A stretch of 64,000 nt of DNA from Camelus ferus (GCF_009834535.1 NC_045697.1:59212001-59276000), one strand, 5' to 3'; positions 39,746 through 52,936 are shown, numbered from the stretch's first letter. The notes: generated by a model from the sequence alone, not told the origin. A program made the numbers and translations.

Positions 39746-40633
39746 CATATGCATAATGTGAAGTGCAATTTTCTTCTTGTCCTAGGCTCTCATTACACTG
39801 CCCGTCTGTTTAAAAACTAATGGTCATGAACAAGGAGGTCACATTCTCACTCTAAAATCATTCTTTTCTGAGTGTTGTCGATGGTCTGAGATGTGATGTA
39901 CTGTAGAAGTAAAGCAATTGCCATCTGTTAGTTTCTTTACTACCTATACCTACCTATATTTAAATGTCAGATTTTGTTAACTAGGGGAAATTTCTTCAAC
40001 TTTCTAAACTTTAGTTTACTTATCTGAGTAAGGGGGAAAACAGTATGTATTTCATATGTTTGTTGTAGAAATTAGTTGAAATAAATCTCGTGAATAATTA
40101 GCATATGATTTGACACTTTCGTGCTCAAGCAACATTAGCTACCAGCTAGCTCGTAACTCTGTAAAGTTGGATTTTACACCCACGTTGAGTGGAAAGTCTG
40201 GCATTTAAAATAAAATAAACAGAAAATGCTCCTGGGTGGAATACCTTTTGACTTTAGTCAGATGTGAGAAAATGAGGACATATAAAAGACAGGGGTTTTG
40301 TTTGATTTCTGGGGGAATAGCCAATTCCTCCAAATAAAGTAAAATAATAGCACCTCCCACTGGGCTGAGAGTTTGTGAAGAGAATTGCTGAACCTCTCTA
40401 TACTTGAAAATCCAGCAGTTAAGGCAGATGCCAGCAGCAGCACTAAGGGGTAACACAACGAATTGCGAATGTGTACAAAGAGTTCAGCAACTGGCAACTG
40501 CGATGAAAACTGCAGTGAGCATGTGTTACATGGAAGTTGTCGGCAGATTAAGTTCAGAAATCCAGCAGCAGCTGAAGCAGTGAAGACAATAAATAGTTTA
40601 AATTGGCAACCAAAACTTTCACCAAACACTTAC

Positions 40634-40642
40634 TTGCACATA
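40634..40642 (-). other. Candidate 9-nt microexon (TATGTGCAA) of an unidentified host transcript
   Basis: Minus strand reads ctctctctttcacactcttgccctcag|TATGTGCAA|gtaagt, with about 60 nt free of AG upstream. The length preserves frame. Confidence 0.5.
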
Positions 40643-42904
40643 CTGAGGGCAAGAGTGTGAAAGAGAGAGAGTATGAAGGAGAGTGGGTATGGGGGTTATT
40701 GGGATTCTTAGGAAGGTCACAAAGCCCCAGTTTCTGGATTAACTAAACTATGCATCACAGTGAAGGGCCTCTGCAAATCCTCTCCGTAGCACCAATGAAG
40801 AAAACAGAAGAGCAGAGAAGCAAAGAACAATAAATCAAGACTTATTTTCAAAAGGAGGACAGTGAAAAAAATTGGAGGGAAGAGACTTTCCAGTGTCCTA
40901 GGTAAGGAGGAATTGATGGTTAAATCCAAACTCAAAAAGATATCTTACTCTTTGCCTGGTAAATTCATTTAAGGTAGGATTAAGACATTCTCAATTAAAT
41001 TCCTCTTTGTTATAGTTCCCAATTTATATTTCTCATGGGAAATTATTCTATACTTAAAACAATGCAGAATTTGGACCCAAAGAAACATCTGTCTATTATA
41101 ATGTCTAGTCAGTGATTAATATATTGAGTTAAATCTATCACTTCTTAACCTATAACAAAAAAGGAGATAGGCTTGAACAATCAAAGTTGAATTTAAATTC
41201 TTCTCTGGTATCCACATCAAGTGATGGTGGAAAATGAATCAAATTTAAGTGCAGAAAAATAAATCTGTAGGTGAATAATTCAAAGAAGCAAGGATGCAAT
41301 TTTTGTCTTATTATGTTATCTTTTCCTAAGAATGTAAACTTTTAGAGATCAGAGATAGTCTCTGATCTTCTGTTTGTTTTACAGCAGGATAGTCTAGTAA
41401 ATGTTATCTTTGTTTTAGTCAGTCTATCTTGTCTCCTACTGTTTCCCAACATGAAGCTTCCAGTCCAAGAAGGCTGGCTGCTCCTTCTGCTTCACAACAG
41501 CCATACCCCTTGCTTCTGAGCATCCCCACTGCCCACTTCTATGTTCATACCATTCTCAGCCTTTCTGAAGCCTTTCAATTTTTCATTTTTCTCTTCTTCC
41601 AAAACCTTGCTTATTCTTTAGAGCCCAGTTTAAATCTTCTGACCACCTTCCTATCTTTGAACTTGTGTGTCACTTAGTTCTTTGAACTGCATAATTTAAC
41701 ACTTTATTTTATTTTATGGCCCTTTAAACATTTCATGTATGCAAATCATGTTTTGCCAATAAGATGATACGTTCTTTGAATAAATAGTACAGGTCTTCTT
41801 TCAGGTATGTGGTAGATATTCAATAAATATTTATTTATTGACTGTTTAATGCACATCCTAATGCATATAAATAATTCTCAGGAAGTAATTATACAATGGA
41901 GGACTCTCACTAAAAAAAAAATTGATGCAGAAGGAAGTTGAGCAGAGAATTGGATAAAAACAAAGCTTACGTTAATGGTAGCAAATGACGTGATTAACAC
42001 CTTTTCTCGCAGCCTTGCAGCCTGAATTTGATAAAGGAAAGTAATTTCTCCAAAGAACCAAAAGCTAAATTGAATGATTGAATTTAACTCTATAGTGTAA
42101 GGCTGTGTTAGTAGAGTTTTAAAAAGATGACATTTGAGTGTATTTTAAGTGCAATACATCAATCTGCCATTGAGCTAATGAACTTCAGTTAAAAATCACT
42201 GAGGAGTTTGGTACAGATGACTCCTTCAAGTATCCTTGGGGAGGCAAGATGCTTAGATAATTGAATGAAAATCTATCTTGACTGACCCTAATGACAGCAG
42301 TGTCCAACTCACATTACAAATCACCTGTAGTCTTTAATGGACTACTTTTTAATTGCTTTAAAAGTGTTAATGGTGAGTACAAGGGAGCAGAGTGTTTCTT
42401 ATTTGTCTATTTTTCATCAATAAAATAAATTTCTAGTGGATTTTTCTTTTCTTTATCACTGGCAGTTTACAGTCAACTTCAGTAGTTCTAGTTTAAATTT
42501 CATCCAAGGAGAAAAAAAGCACATTTGGTTGTCTTTTATTTTCCTAATCTCTCTGTCTTTATGAATGACTTGAGATTATGGAATCAAATTAGTTCAACCA
42601 TAAAATGTAGGAATTAATGAGTAATTGGTGACTGTAAACTAATCAAAGGGAAAATAAAACAGAAACACCTTTTCCTATGAGTTCTAATAGGGCTTCATCC
42701 AAGTTCACAGCTCAATTAAAATACGATTTTCTGTTTTTCTGAAGGGACACATAAATGTTTAGAGACTGTTACACAAAATAAATATGTTTTTGAGAAAGGG
42801 TGAAAAATCATGTAACTGAACAACATTAAAATATGTATTAATATTAATAAAAACAGAAACAATAGCTAGACTATTCAAATTAATGTTTGACCAAATATGA
42901 TTTT

Positions 42905-43170
42905 GCAGTACATCATCAGAATTACTTGCACGCTTGAAATGCAGATTCCTAGATTACAGCCCAGTTCTACTAACTCAGAATTTCTAAGGGTGAATTGCAA
43001 CAATCTACATTATAAAATAGCGCCTCTGATGATTCTTTTTTTAAAATATACTTTTATTAAAGTACAATCAGTTTACAATGTTGTGTCAATTTCTGACATA
43101 CAGCACAATACTTCACATAGGATGATGATTCTTATAAATGCAAGAATTAGAAAACTATTAGAATCCACTT
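42905..43170. mobile_element. MER5A-like hAT MITE interrupted by an 85-bp L1 3' end (43038-43122, minus)
   Basis: atcagaattacttg...aaatgcagattcctag...actcagaatttctaagggtg. The insert is flanked by the direct repeat tgatgattctt (43027-43037 and 43123-43133). Confidence 0.75.
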
Positions 43171-43479
43171 CATTACTTAATTCTCAACTTTAAAATATGT
43201 CTAGAAAAATAGACATCACACTCTTAATAGCATTAATTCCTGACTGCAATGTTGAAAGAGGGCAAACTCTCACATTTTGATCATAGATCTTTGCATCACT
43301 TTCCCCTCAAATCTGGCATCTTGCAGTAATAGAGAAAATATATGCAATTTGATGGCTTCTGCTATCATGAGTTTCATTTTGTCTGTAGACCCCCCCACCC
43401 CCAATCATTTGCTTAAGAGGGGCATATTGGGGAAATTGTGGTGTTGTAGTAGTTAAGGAGTCTAGGGTTTCAAATCTAG

Positions 43480-43861
43480 GAGTTAGATGACTCAGGAATC
43501 CATAGCAGAATACCACAGACTGGGTGGTTTAAACAATAGGAATTTATTTTCTCACAGTTCTAGGAGATAGAAGTCCCAGATCAAGGTAGGGCAGAGTAAT
43601 TTCCCATGAGGCTCTCTTCCTGGCTTGTAGATGGCCACTTTGTCCTTACGTATCCTTTCCTCTGAACATGGGCAGAGAGATACAGCATGTATGAGCTCTC
43701 TACTGACTCTTCTTAAAAGGGCACTAAACCTATTAGATCAGGGCCCCATCCTTATGACCTCATTTAACCTTAATTACTTCCTTGCTCCAAATACAGTCGT
43801 ACTGAGTGTTAGGGCTTCAATGTATGAATTTTGGGGAGACACAAACACTCAGTCCCTAACA
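43480..43861 (-). mobile_element. ERVL-MaLR solo LTR (MLT1A0/B-like)
   Basis: ataccacagactgggtggtttaaacaa...cttatgacctcatttaaccttaattac...atgaattttggggagacacaaacactcagtccctaaca. Confidence 0.85.
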
Positions 43862-46604
43862 AAGATCATCTGATGTATCTGAGTGAGCCATGGGAGGTAC
43901 GGAGGAATGGAATGAGTATCTTTGCCAAAATCCTTGAAGATAAGCTGTGAATCAAAATGTAGAGACCAAATGACGAAGTTTATGGGGGTAGAAATAAGAT
44001 AATAGAAGTAACATAGAAGAGGCATAAAGATTAGGAGGAGTAGGATTAACGTGAGAAGGAACCAGAAAGATGAACACAATCACACTGGATTTAGAGGCTA
44101 ACAATTTGATAGTAGAAAGGGGTCCAGCTAACTTAAAGTTTCAGTATTATGGGCTCAAGTGTCATAAATGGTCCCAAGTTTGTTAACTTTTTTCATTGTT
44201 TATCTTTCTAAATAACAAAATTAAAATAATATTTAATTAATCTGTATTTTAAAGAATTGTGATGCTTAGTTTAGTATAAATGCAATGAATTTACTGTTGA
44301 AAGATCAAATTGTTGATTGTAAATATTTCTGAGTAAAACGTAGTCTGTTAACAAGAGGTATAAAAACACTATAACTCAGAAACATCTGTAGTGAAAATCT
44401 GGAATGATCTTGTTATATTCAGGGACATAAATGGCTAAACTTAGTTCATCTAGAAAAAAATCTCTAGTGGGAAAAATATAGAGAAGATAGATATCTTGAA
44501 TTTTCTCTTTTCACCCTATCACTTTCTCTTCTCCTCTGGATGTAGGTTTGTGGGATAGGAAGGATCTTGTTGACCCAGACAAATGAAGACTTTGTTATAT
44601 ATGCGGGCTGGTGGTAATTTCTGCTGCTTCCTTTCCTGATCAGCTATGGTCTTCCCTGCCCTTTATGTGAAGATGCATCCTTGCTTAGTTCCTGAAATCA
44701 TGTTAATGAATATCAGGAATAGGTTGGTTATTTCAATCCCATTAATGTGGTAAGGTCTAGAAATAATTTTGATGATACTCAGTTAGGATCTGGTATGACT
44801 GAAATAAATTTATTGGGTCTACATGTCTTCCATATAGGCCTCATTAGTTGTCTCAATTTTGCCTTCATGGACTGGTAAATACTAGTTTTCACCTGGAGTT
44901 AAGGGTTGTCCTGAACAGCTTACCTGGAAAAGAACTCTTAACACTTTGATTAGCTTTTGGTATTGCCATATCATCAGGAGCTATATCTTGTTCCTGGTAT
45001 GGTCATTGTCTGTTTGGTGTCTTTTGAATGACTGCATAACCTGATCCCTGGTTGCTATCATAGACCTGATTAAAAGTCTTGTCTGCTTCTTGGATAGAAC
45101 CTTGGCTCTGTGTCTCCATTTGCCTGATTGGAGTTCCTCAGATTTTGGTGGCTTTTGAAACAAACTATGGTCTCTTTGGGCACTCTTCTTTGTATAATGG
45201 GCCCTCCTTCAGAGCCCTGCCCTACAGAAATGTAGATTGCTTTAAGTTATCTCTTTTACATGATTCTAGTGTCTTCCTCTTGCCCACTGGCCATGCTTCT
45301 TATTCATCACGCTTGCTGTGAGGCCAAGCTCATTCAACACGTAGTTAAAAGAAATTTTGAGTTAATTTCCAGAGATACAGTGCTTTAGGAAAAGCATCTG
45401 GTCCCATTGGAAGGGATATATGTTTTTGAATCATTCATGGACTGGCAGAATTATCTATCTTAAGAATTCCCCAGGGCTTAGCAACCTCCCATCATTTGTG
45501 TAATGAGATTGCTTAATCATATAAATTCAGGAGAAGAGAAAAAAGATATTTCCTTGGGGAACCTAGTTAACAGAACATATCCTTCCCACTGGACTTGTAT
45601 TTTTGGGGAATGATGGACTTGGTGCCAGTGATGATTCCAGTTTCTGAAAGACTGATGCAAACCTGCATTTACCCACTTCCTGAGCAGTTTTTGCTGTTTT
45701 GTGCTGTGCAAGATCTCTTGAGAATGAGATGTTTTATGCTCCAGCTCAGTCTCCCCTCTACATTTATCAACACATACCTGGAGTATAAGAAAGCAAGCCA
45801 TGAATACAATTTGTATGACTTTAAAAAATAATATTCTATTAGCATTGCTGTAATGCCATTTTTCTTGAATACAAACATAGCAATAGCATTCATACTTTAT
45901 GTCTACCTACGCTTTGACTGACAATCATATGCTTTTACTAAATGATTCCCAATAAGCTTACATAATCGTACATATTCAGATTGAAAAAATGCCACTGGTA
46001 GGACCCCTTACTTGTGAACCCAGTTATATCCTCATGTGCTTGCTATGCACTTTGGCATGCAGCTTCTTACAATGTAAGAATTTGTGTGAACTCCACTTCT
46101 CTTTTTCCCTCCTTTTTAAAAAACCTGTCTTTATTTATTGACCTAGCATACTTTGAGCTACGTGTGGACCATATTCCCCTTGCCTTTATCACAAGGAACC
46201 ATTTTCAGATAAACTTCTCTGAACCTACACCTTCTTTTCCTTACTTACTTTTGTGTAACTAGTGGTTCAGCTGCTGGTCTGTTCCCTTTTCCTTAGGCTC
46301 ATTTCATAGAGTATTTCAGAAGAAAACCTGGAGGAATATTGTCATTTAGGTGCTGTATGTGTCACTGTCTTCTAGATTACAAAATACGTTAATTTTATTT
46401 ACAAGGGAAAAATATTGACCACCAGAGAGCTTAAGTGACTTCTCTAAGGCAAAATCACTAGCAAATAATAAAATCTGACCTTAAAAAGGGTCTTCTGATT
46501 TCAAGTCCAATTGTGTTTCAATGATACTATGCATTAATCAGTATCATCTCATTGCTTCTTTTATTGGTAGGAAGGTAAAAACATGAATTTATAAGCACTC
46601 ATTG

Positions 46605-46698
46605 ACTTTTTAGGTTTATTTATTTTTAATGAAGGTACTGAGGATTGAATCTCATGCATGCTAGGCGAGCACTCTAACACTGAGCTGTATCCTTCCCC
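46605..46698 (-). mobile_element. vic-1-like tRNA SINE with a small internal deletion
   Basis: aggtttatttatttttaatgaaggtactgaggattgaatc...catgctaggcgagcactctaacactgagctgtatccttcccc. Confidence 0.8.
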
Positions 46699-49600
46699 AA
46701 GGTAGTCATTTTGTGTAGATGGAATCACTGAAGGATGGTAGCAGGACCTCAAACTGTAACCCAGAACTGTCTTCATTCCATTATAATTCATCTTTGCTGA
46801 GGTCTTGATCTAATTATACTGTCATCACTCTGTTAAAGTATAGTTAGGGTGCATTTTTATGAAGTTTAGGCGGAGAAAATGAAGGAAGTAATTATTTGAC
46901 ATAAGAGTATCACAGATTTCTTTGTTGACACATAGTTTGAAAATTAAACCATTCTAGAAAAGAGCAAGAACCACTTTCCTGTGAAGTAAAGGGGATCCAC
47001 TGGGGGAAAATACCTTTACATATAAATCTAGGACTTGAAAATCCAGGTAATGGTTTGAATTTTACATTTCTATTTTTTAATTTAATTTTTAAATAATGAA
47101 GAACTATTGGAAAGATTTAAAAGTTATGACCTATTTATTTATCTGTTTGATTATGGCACAAGTAGAGATCTAAAGGTTCAGCCAGCACTAGAATTTCAGA
47201 AGAGTTGGTTTAGCTGAATATATATTTATTTTTTGATTAAAAAAAACTTTCAGTGCAAAATTGAATCTAAATATAGATGCATATTCTTTATTAAACCAAA
47301 ATATCTGTGGGACCGAGTTATGGGCTGGGCTTAGTTCTAGACAGATTTCAGCCTTTGACCTTCTCGAGTGTAGTAGGCTGCTAGTGGCCCAAGTTAAAAT
47401 AAAATAAACATAATATTATTACCACTGGTAATTATTAGTATTGAAATTGCTTTCATCTTCAGATTGAAAACTTTGGAGAAATAATCGAATCTTCCTATTC
47501 TTCAGACTTGATATCAAATTTGACATGCATCACCTTAATATTAATATATAAAGAAATTACTTTCTTAATTTCTGAAATTGCTATGAAACTTACTGTTTTC
47601 TCATAGTGACCTTTAAGTTAATTTATTCTTCAATCACTTTAACCTGGATCACAGCAATATCTGGCTCATCTTCCTGCTTCCAGTCTCTCTTCTTCAGACT
47701 TACCATATTGTCAGCTTAATCAGGCTAACATACCACTTTCTTCATGTCACTCAATTAAAATGATCAATAATTTATATTGACTTTAGGTATCTATAAAAAA
47801 CCAGGTGGTGATGTAGGTGGTAATATTGAAAACTAGGCTGTGAAGTTCAAGAGAGAGAGCTAGCAAAGAGATAATTAAGGGTTATAGATGGAAGAAGAGA
47901 ATCAATATTAAAGAGATTGGTGTAAGAATAGAAACTAGCAAATTAAACTGAGAAGGAGTGGTTCTAGAACCATGGCTTGCAGAATGTTCACCATGACTTG
48001 CAATGAGAAATACATTTTATATTTTGCCCAGTTATACAAAAAAATGCACAGTAGCCCATCTATACACACACACACACACACATGCACGCATGCACACGCC
48101 TACCCCCGAAACAAATACGTCAACAAACAATATTTATTATAATTAGTGATGATGTGTCTGCTTTCAAGTCAATTCTATTTTATTTTATGAGAAAAACAAA
48201 TTTGTGGTGGTGCTCCATTAACTGAGTCCACTAGTGAGTTTGGATCTGCAGTTTGAAAAATACTTCTACAGAGGAAAGTAGCTTCAAGTGTATGTTGTTA
48301 AGACTGAGAGGAAAGAGTTTCAAAGAGTGATTAATCAAGGGAGTCAAAGGCAACAGAGAGATTAAGACCTCAGTTAGATTTAGTAATCATAACATGGTAA
48401 ATGGTAATTGAGGCGTGCCTGTTGCAGTGCTGATTCCAGTGATGAGGAGTCGGATGAAACCAGACTGCTAAGGGGTGATCAAGTGAAAAAGTTGTATCTC
48501 TAAAAGAGAAATTTAAAATGCACATGGATATTGTTCACCTCTACTTTACAAGTAAGGAGGTGGGTTCACAGAGGGTAAGACATTTACCCTCACTTGCCCA
48601 AATAGTGGTAACAGAACAAGCATTCAGACCTGACCAGATCATACTCTGCAGCTTGTTTTTTTCATCTTGTCACAAGAGGGGATGGCTGAAGAAGGCCCAG
48701 GGTGGGACTGATGCTCTGCACTCATATCTTGTCCTCCATTAGGCTTTCTCTGTTCATCCAGCTGCATCCTTCTTTTAAGCATCTATTGAAGAATATCTTT
48801 TATACTTATTAGGCACTTTTCAAATAATGCCTTTTACTATAATTATTTTACATGTCTTAGCTGTCCCACTAGGTTTCAAGTTTCATTTCAGCAGGAATAA
48901 TGTCCTATGCTTATTTTGTTGGTGATTGTGACCAGGGACTGGATACGGTGTGTTCTATCACTTAGAGCACTTAGCATGCTACTTTATATTTAGAAAGCAT
49001 TCAATAAACTTTTGTTGAATAAGGACAAACACTAGATGCTGCCTAGTCTTTGAAAAGACTGTTGCTTTATGAATCAAGATGGAAAGGTTATTTCATAATT
49101 AGGATGATTGGCCACATGCTATGAGTAATAAATAATACTAAACTCTTAACTATCCTATTTTTTCAAAAACTTCGTAGACAGGTAGTGTCTGAAAATTTTT
49201 TTCAAGGCAGCATAATATTTGTTTTTCCTCTTTTCTTTCTGAAACTACCTCTAGCTCAACTTTGCTAAGTTAGAAGTGGTGGTTTTTCCTTTTAATGAGC
49301 CAAACGATATCCTATTGCCCTGCTTTTCTGCCTTCATCATTCTTTTCCATCAGATTGGAGAGAATCTAAGACGCAAACAACTCAGCAAATGTCTCATGTA
49401 AATATCCTGATTATCCTAATATCCTAATTACAGCAATTTTTCATTTTTTCTGTGTGAAAAATCTAGTGGTAATTGGATATACTAAACCTGCATCTTTATT
49501 TGTTTTTTTTAGTGCTGTGTTTTATTTTGGTTGGTGTTTTTTATAAGAGTTGCAAAATTTATAGACTAAATATACATCTTAAAACTTAAAGTTCCAAATT

Positions 49601-49898
49601 AATTTCTCTGCCATTAAAACATTTCTTGTTTTATGAATTTTGTAAGCTAGCTCTATTAAGCCAAGTCAAGCTTAGCATCTTTTCTTAAATAAAAATCCAG
49701 TGCATCTTTTATATTTTCAACCCTGTTCCTAAGAAATTGCTTTTTATTTTAATATGAGAAGACAACTATTGAAGACCGTGCTTCCTTTAGCAGCAGCATC
49801 CGTGGAGTGAGGACGCTATTTGGCTCTAAAACAATTCTTTCTTAAGAATTTTGTATCCTTTTGATATTAAGGTTTTTCTCATCTTTCAATGAAAAGAG

Positions 49899-50879
49899 CT
49901 TTTCTCAGTTCTTAGACCATAGGGCGCTGTTCTGGGTTCTTATCATAAACTAATGGGAAGCTTTCACAATGTCCAGAGCTGTTGATTTTTTGCAAATGAA
50001 GGAGGAGGATGCCCTCAAATTCCTGGCATCAGGAGCGTACTTAGGTGGCACCAACCTTGACTTCCAAATGGCATGGTACATCTACAAAAGGAGAATTGGC
50101 TTCTATATCATAAATCTGAAGAGAAACTGGAAAAGCTTGTGACATTGTTGTCGGAAGCCCAGCTGATGTCACCGTCATATTTTCCAGAGACACTGGCCAA
50201 TGAGCTGCTGAAGTTTGCTGCTGCCACTGGAGCCACCCCTATTGCTGACCACTTCATTCCCGGAACCTTCACTACCCAGATCCAGGCAGCCTTCCTGGAG
50301 GAGGTTACTGATCCCAGGACTAACCACCAGTCTCTCACAGAGGCTGCCTTATGTTAACCTGCCCTACCATTGTTCCGTGTAACACAGACTCTCCTCTGCA
50401 TTCTGTAGACGTTGCCATCCCACACAGCAATAAGGGAGCTCACTCAGGGTGTCTGAGGTGGTAGACGCTGGCCTGCAAGTTCTGTGACCGTGTGGCAGTA
50501 CCTTGAGGGAACGCCCCAGGAGGCTATGCCTCATCTCTACTGCAGAGACTCCGAAGAGACTGAAAAGGAAGAGCAGTCTCTGATGAAAGGCTGTGAGCAA
50601 GGAGGAATTTTAGGGTAAATGGACTGTTCCAGCTTCAAAACTTACTGCTACCACCCAAGGTTGCAGGCTGGTCTGAAGATGAAGGTGCCCTCTGTGCCTG
50701 TCCAGCAGTTCCCTACTGAAGACCGGGGCCTCATCCCGCCACTGAGGACTGGTCCCCAACCCTGCTGCACAGGCCACTGAACAGGTAGGAACAACCACTA
50801 GGTGGTCTTAAGCTGCCCTTCCACAGACTCTTAAACAGAAAGTAGAAATAAGGTTGACAGAAATAAACAGTTTCTTAAA
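49899..50879 (+). pseudogene. RPSA: Processed pseudogene of ribosomal protein uS2/SA (37-kDa laminin receptor precursor)
   Basis: ATG at 49969 gives [34 protein letters not shown]..., matching [38 protein letters not shown]. The supplied ORF shows [26 protein letters not shown]. The copy is intronless, with a frameshift and stop at 50140-50142, several deletions, the native stop at 50809-50811, AATAAA at 50862 and TSD gaaaagag (49891-49898 and 50880-50887). Confidence 0.96.
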
Positions 50880-51499
50880 GAAAAGAGAAAGGCCACTTAT
50901 TAGTGCCTACTCTATGCTGTTTACAATGCTAGGTACTTTACGTTAAATGTACCTTTAAAATTTAATTTTTTTCAGTAATTGACACATTTATCTATTACAG
51001 AAAATTCTTCAACTATAAAGTGTATTTAGTGAAATATGTCTTCTTTTATCCCAATCTGCCAGCTCCTCTTTTGTTTTCTTAGAGTCAAAGCTTCTTTCTT
51101 TTCTTATGCATGCTTTTGGAAATATTCTATATAAGTGTTAAATGTGAAATTGGGTCTTTTTCACTATAAAGTTTTTACCCTTTCCATAAGATGATGACTC
51201 TCAAAAATATTATTTTATATATCAAATTTGTTTTAGATAGCTTAGCGTCAAAACTGAGGAGGTAAAAAATGGGTCAATGTGGTTATCTCTCAGTCAAATT
51301 TTTGTTCCTTGGGGTTGCAAGTTGTTAAACTCGTGCACATTATGGAAAGTGCATAAGCTTTGGTGTGCTGTATGGGCTGAGCTTGGGAAGCTAGCCTTTG
51401 GCCCATTAGTTGTGGGACTCTAGGGACGTTGTTTGAATTCTTGGAACTTCAATTTGCTTTTGTGTAATTTGATTGCACAGTATTACAGCCTGCAGGGTA

Positions 51500-51720
51500 G
51501 AAGGATTATCTCTGGGTCAAGCATCCCAGAACATGAATCTTGGCTTCATCAAATTTTTTGCCACTGGGAAAATTACTTAACCTTTCTATGCGTTGCATTC
51601 TTTATCCATAGTATGGGGATATTTGTACCTACCTTATAGAGTTATTGAAAAATACATGAGAAAATACATATGCTGTGCTGGCTTGTGGTATCAGCTACTT
51701 TTAGATAATTGTTATTTATT
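51500..51720 (+). mobile_element. MIR fragment
   Basis: tgggaaaattacttaacctttctatgc...tagtatggggatatttgtacctaccttatagagttattg. Confidence 0.65.
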
Positions 51721-52519
51721 GTGTTGATTAAATTTGATAATACTTGAAAAGTACTTGATACATAGTTAATAGTCAATAAAATTCCCTCTTTTTCCTGTAA
51801 ATCACTAGTGAGTTGCTTTATAAGTAAGTGCTCTGTAATTTTATATTGGGGCTTAATACAGATAACATTTATTTTTTCAGTATGTGATATTAAAATAACA
51901 GGAAATCAATTTAATAAAATGTTTAGAGTTAACATTCCTTTTCTATTCACTGTTTCATGAGAAAGGTAGCCATGATACCATTAGAATTTAATAGTTATCT
52001 AGTTTGCTCTATGGCTATAAAATATTTGTCTTATTGTACATGTGTGGGGAGGAGTGGGGTACGGAGAATATTTCCTTATGTAGATTATGGAAAGGGGTGT
52101 ATTAAATAGTCAAAGTTTATGTGGAAGGGTGACGAATGAACTATCTTAGTTGCAGCCCTTAGGGGAAGACATGGTTTGTTTAGAGAAAACCCTTGGCAAG
52201 TCACTGGCTGGGGAGAAGAGAGCCAAAATTTGAGGCTTGTAAAACTCAGTAGAAGAAAAGGTCCCAAACTACTCTGCAGTGGAATTTGAGAAATTAACAG
52301 CGGGATAGATTCTGAAATTTCAGCTGAAGGAAAAGTAAAGAAAATTTTTTGAAAAACATTTGTTTTTATGTTTTTTTCCCTATGGCATGAATTTCCTGTC
52401 TTCAGTATAATCTTATGCACACAAATAATTTGGTGGAAATACGGGACAATGATTAAATTCCACTTGGGTTTATCTATGCTCTATAAACGGGGACATACAA
52501 GAGAAATGAAGAAGTGGTT

Positions 52520-52715
52520 CTTTTTTATTGAAATATAGTTGATTTACAGTATAGTGTTAGTTTCAGGTATACAGCAAGTGATTTACTTATATATATATAT
52601 TCAGATTATTTTCCATTATAGATTACGGATTATTATACGATATTGAAAATAGTTCCCTGTGTTATATACAGTAAACCTTGCTGCTTATGTATTTTATGTA
52701 TAGTAGTTTGTATCC
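52520..52715 (-). mobile_element. L1 3' end fragment
   Basis: ttttttattgaaatatagttgatttacagtatagtgttagtttcaggtatacagc...atagttccctgtg. Confidence 0.85.
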
Positions 52716-52936
52716 TGTAGAAATGTTTTCTATACTGAATTATTTCAGCAAACAGAGATGGAGCTGACCTTGAGAACCACGCCTAGTCTTGCAGTCCATT
52801 CAAGTTTGGGGGAAGAATTGATTCTTATAAACAGTGGACTAGGGATTTGCATTTGTGATCTTGATTTTAGAGGCAAGGAGATTCTAGCTGTTATCTGGGT
52901 TATACTTAGTGAGAAAAATATTTCTAAGTGAATACA

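Noticed and set aside
50073..50357. 94-aa ORF as a functional gene
   Set aside because: It is a frameshifted internal piece of the RPSA pseudogene.
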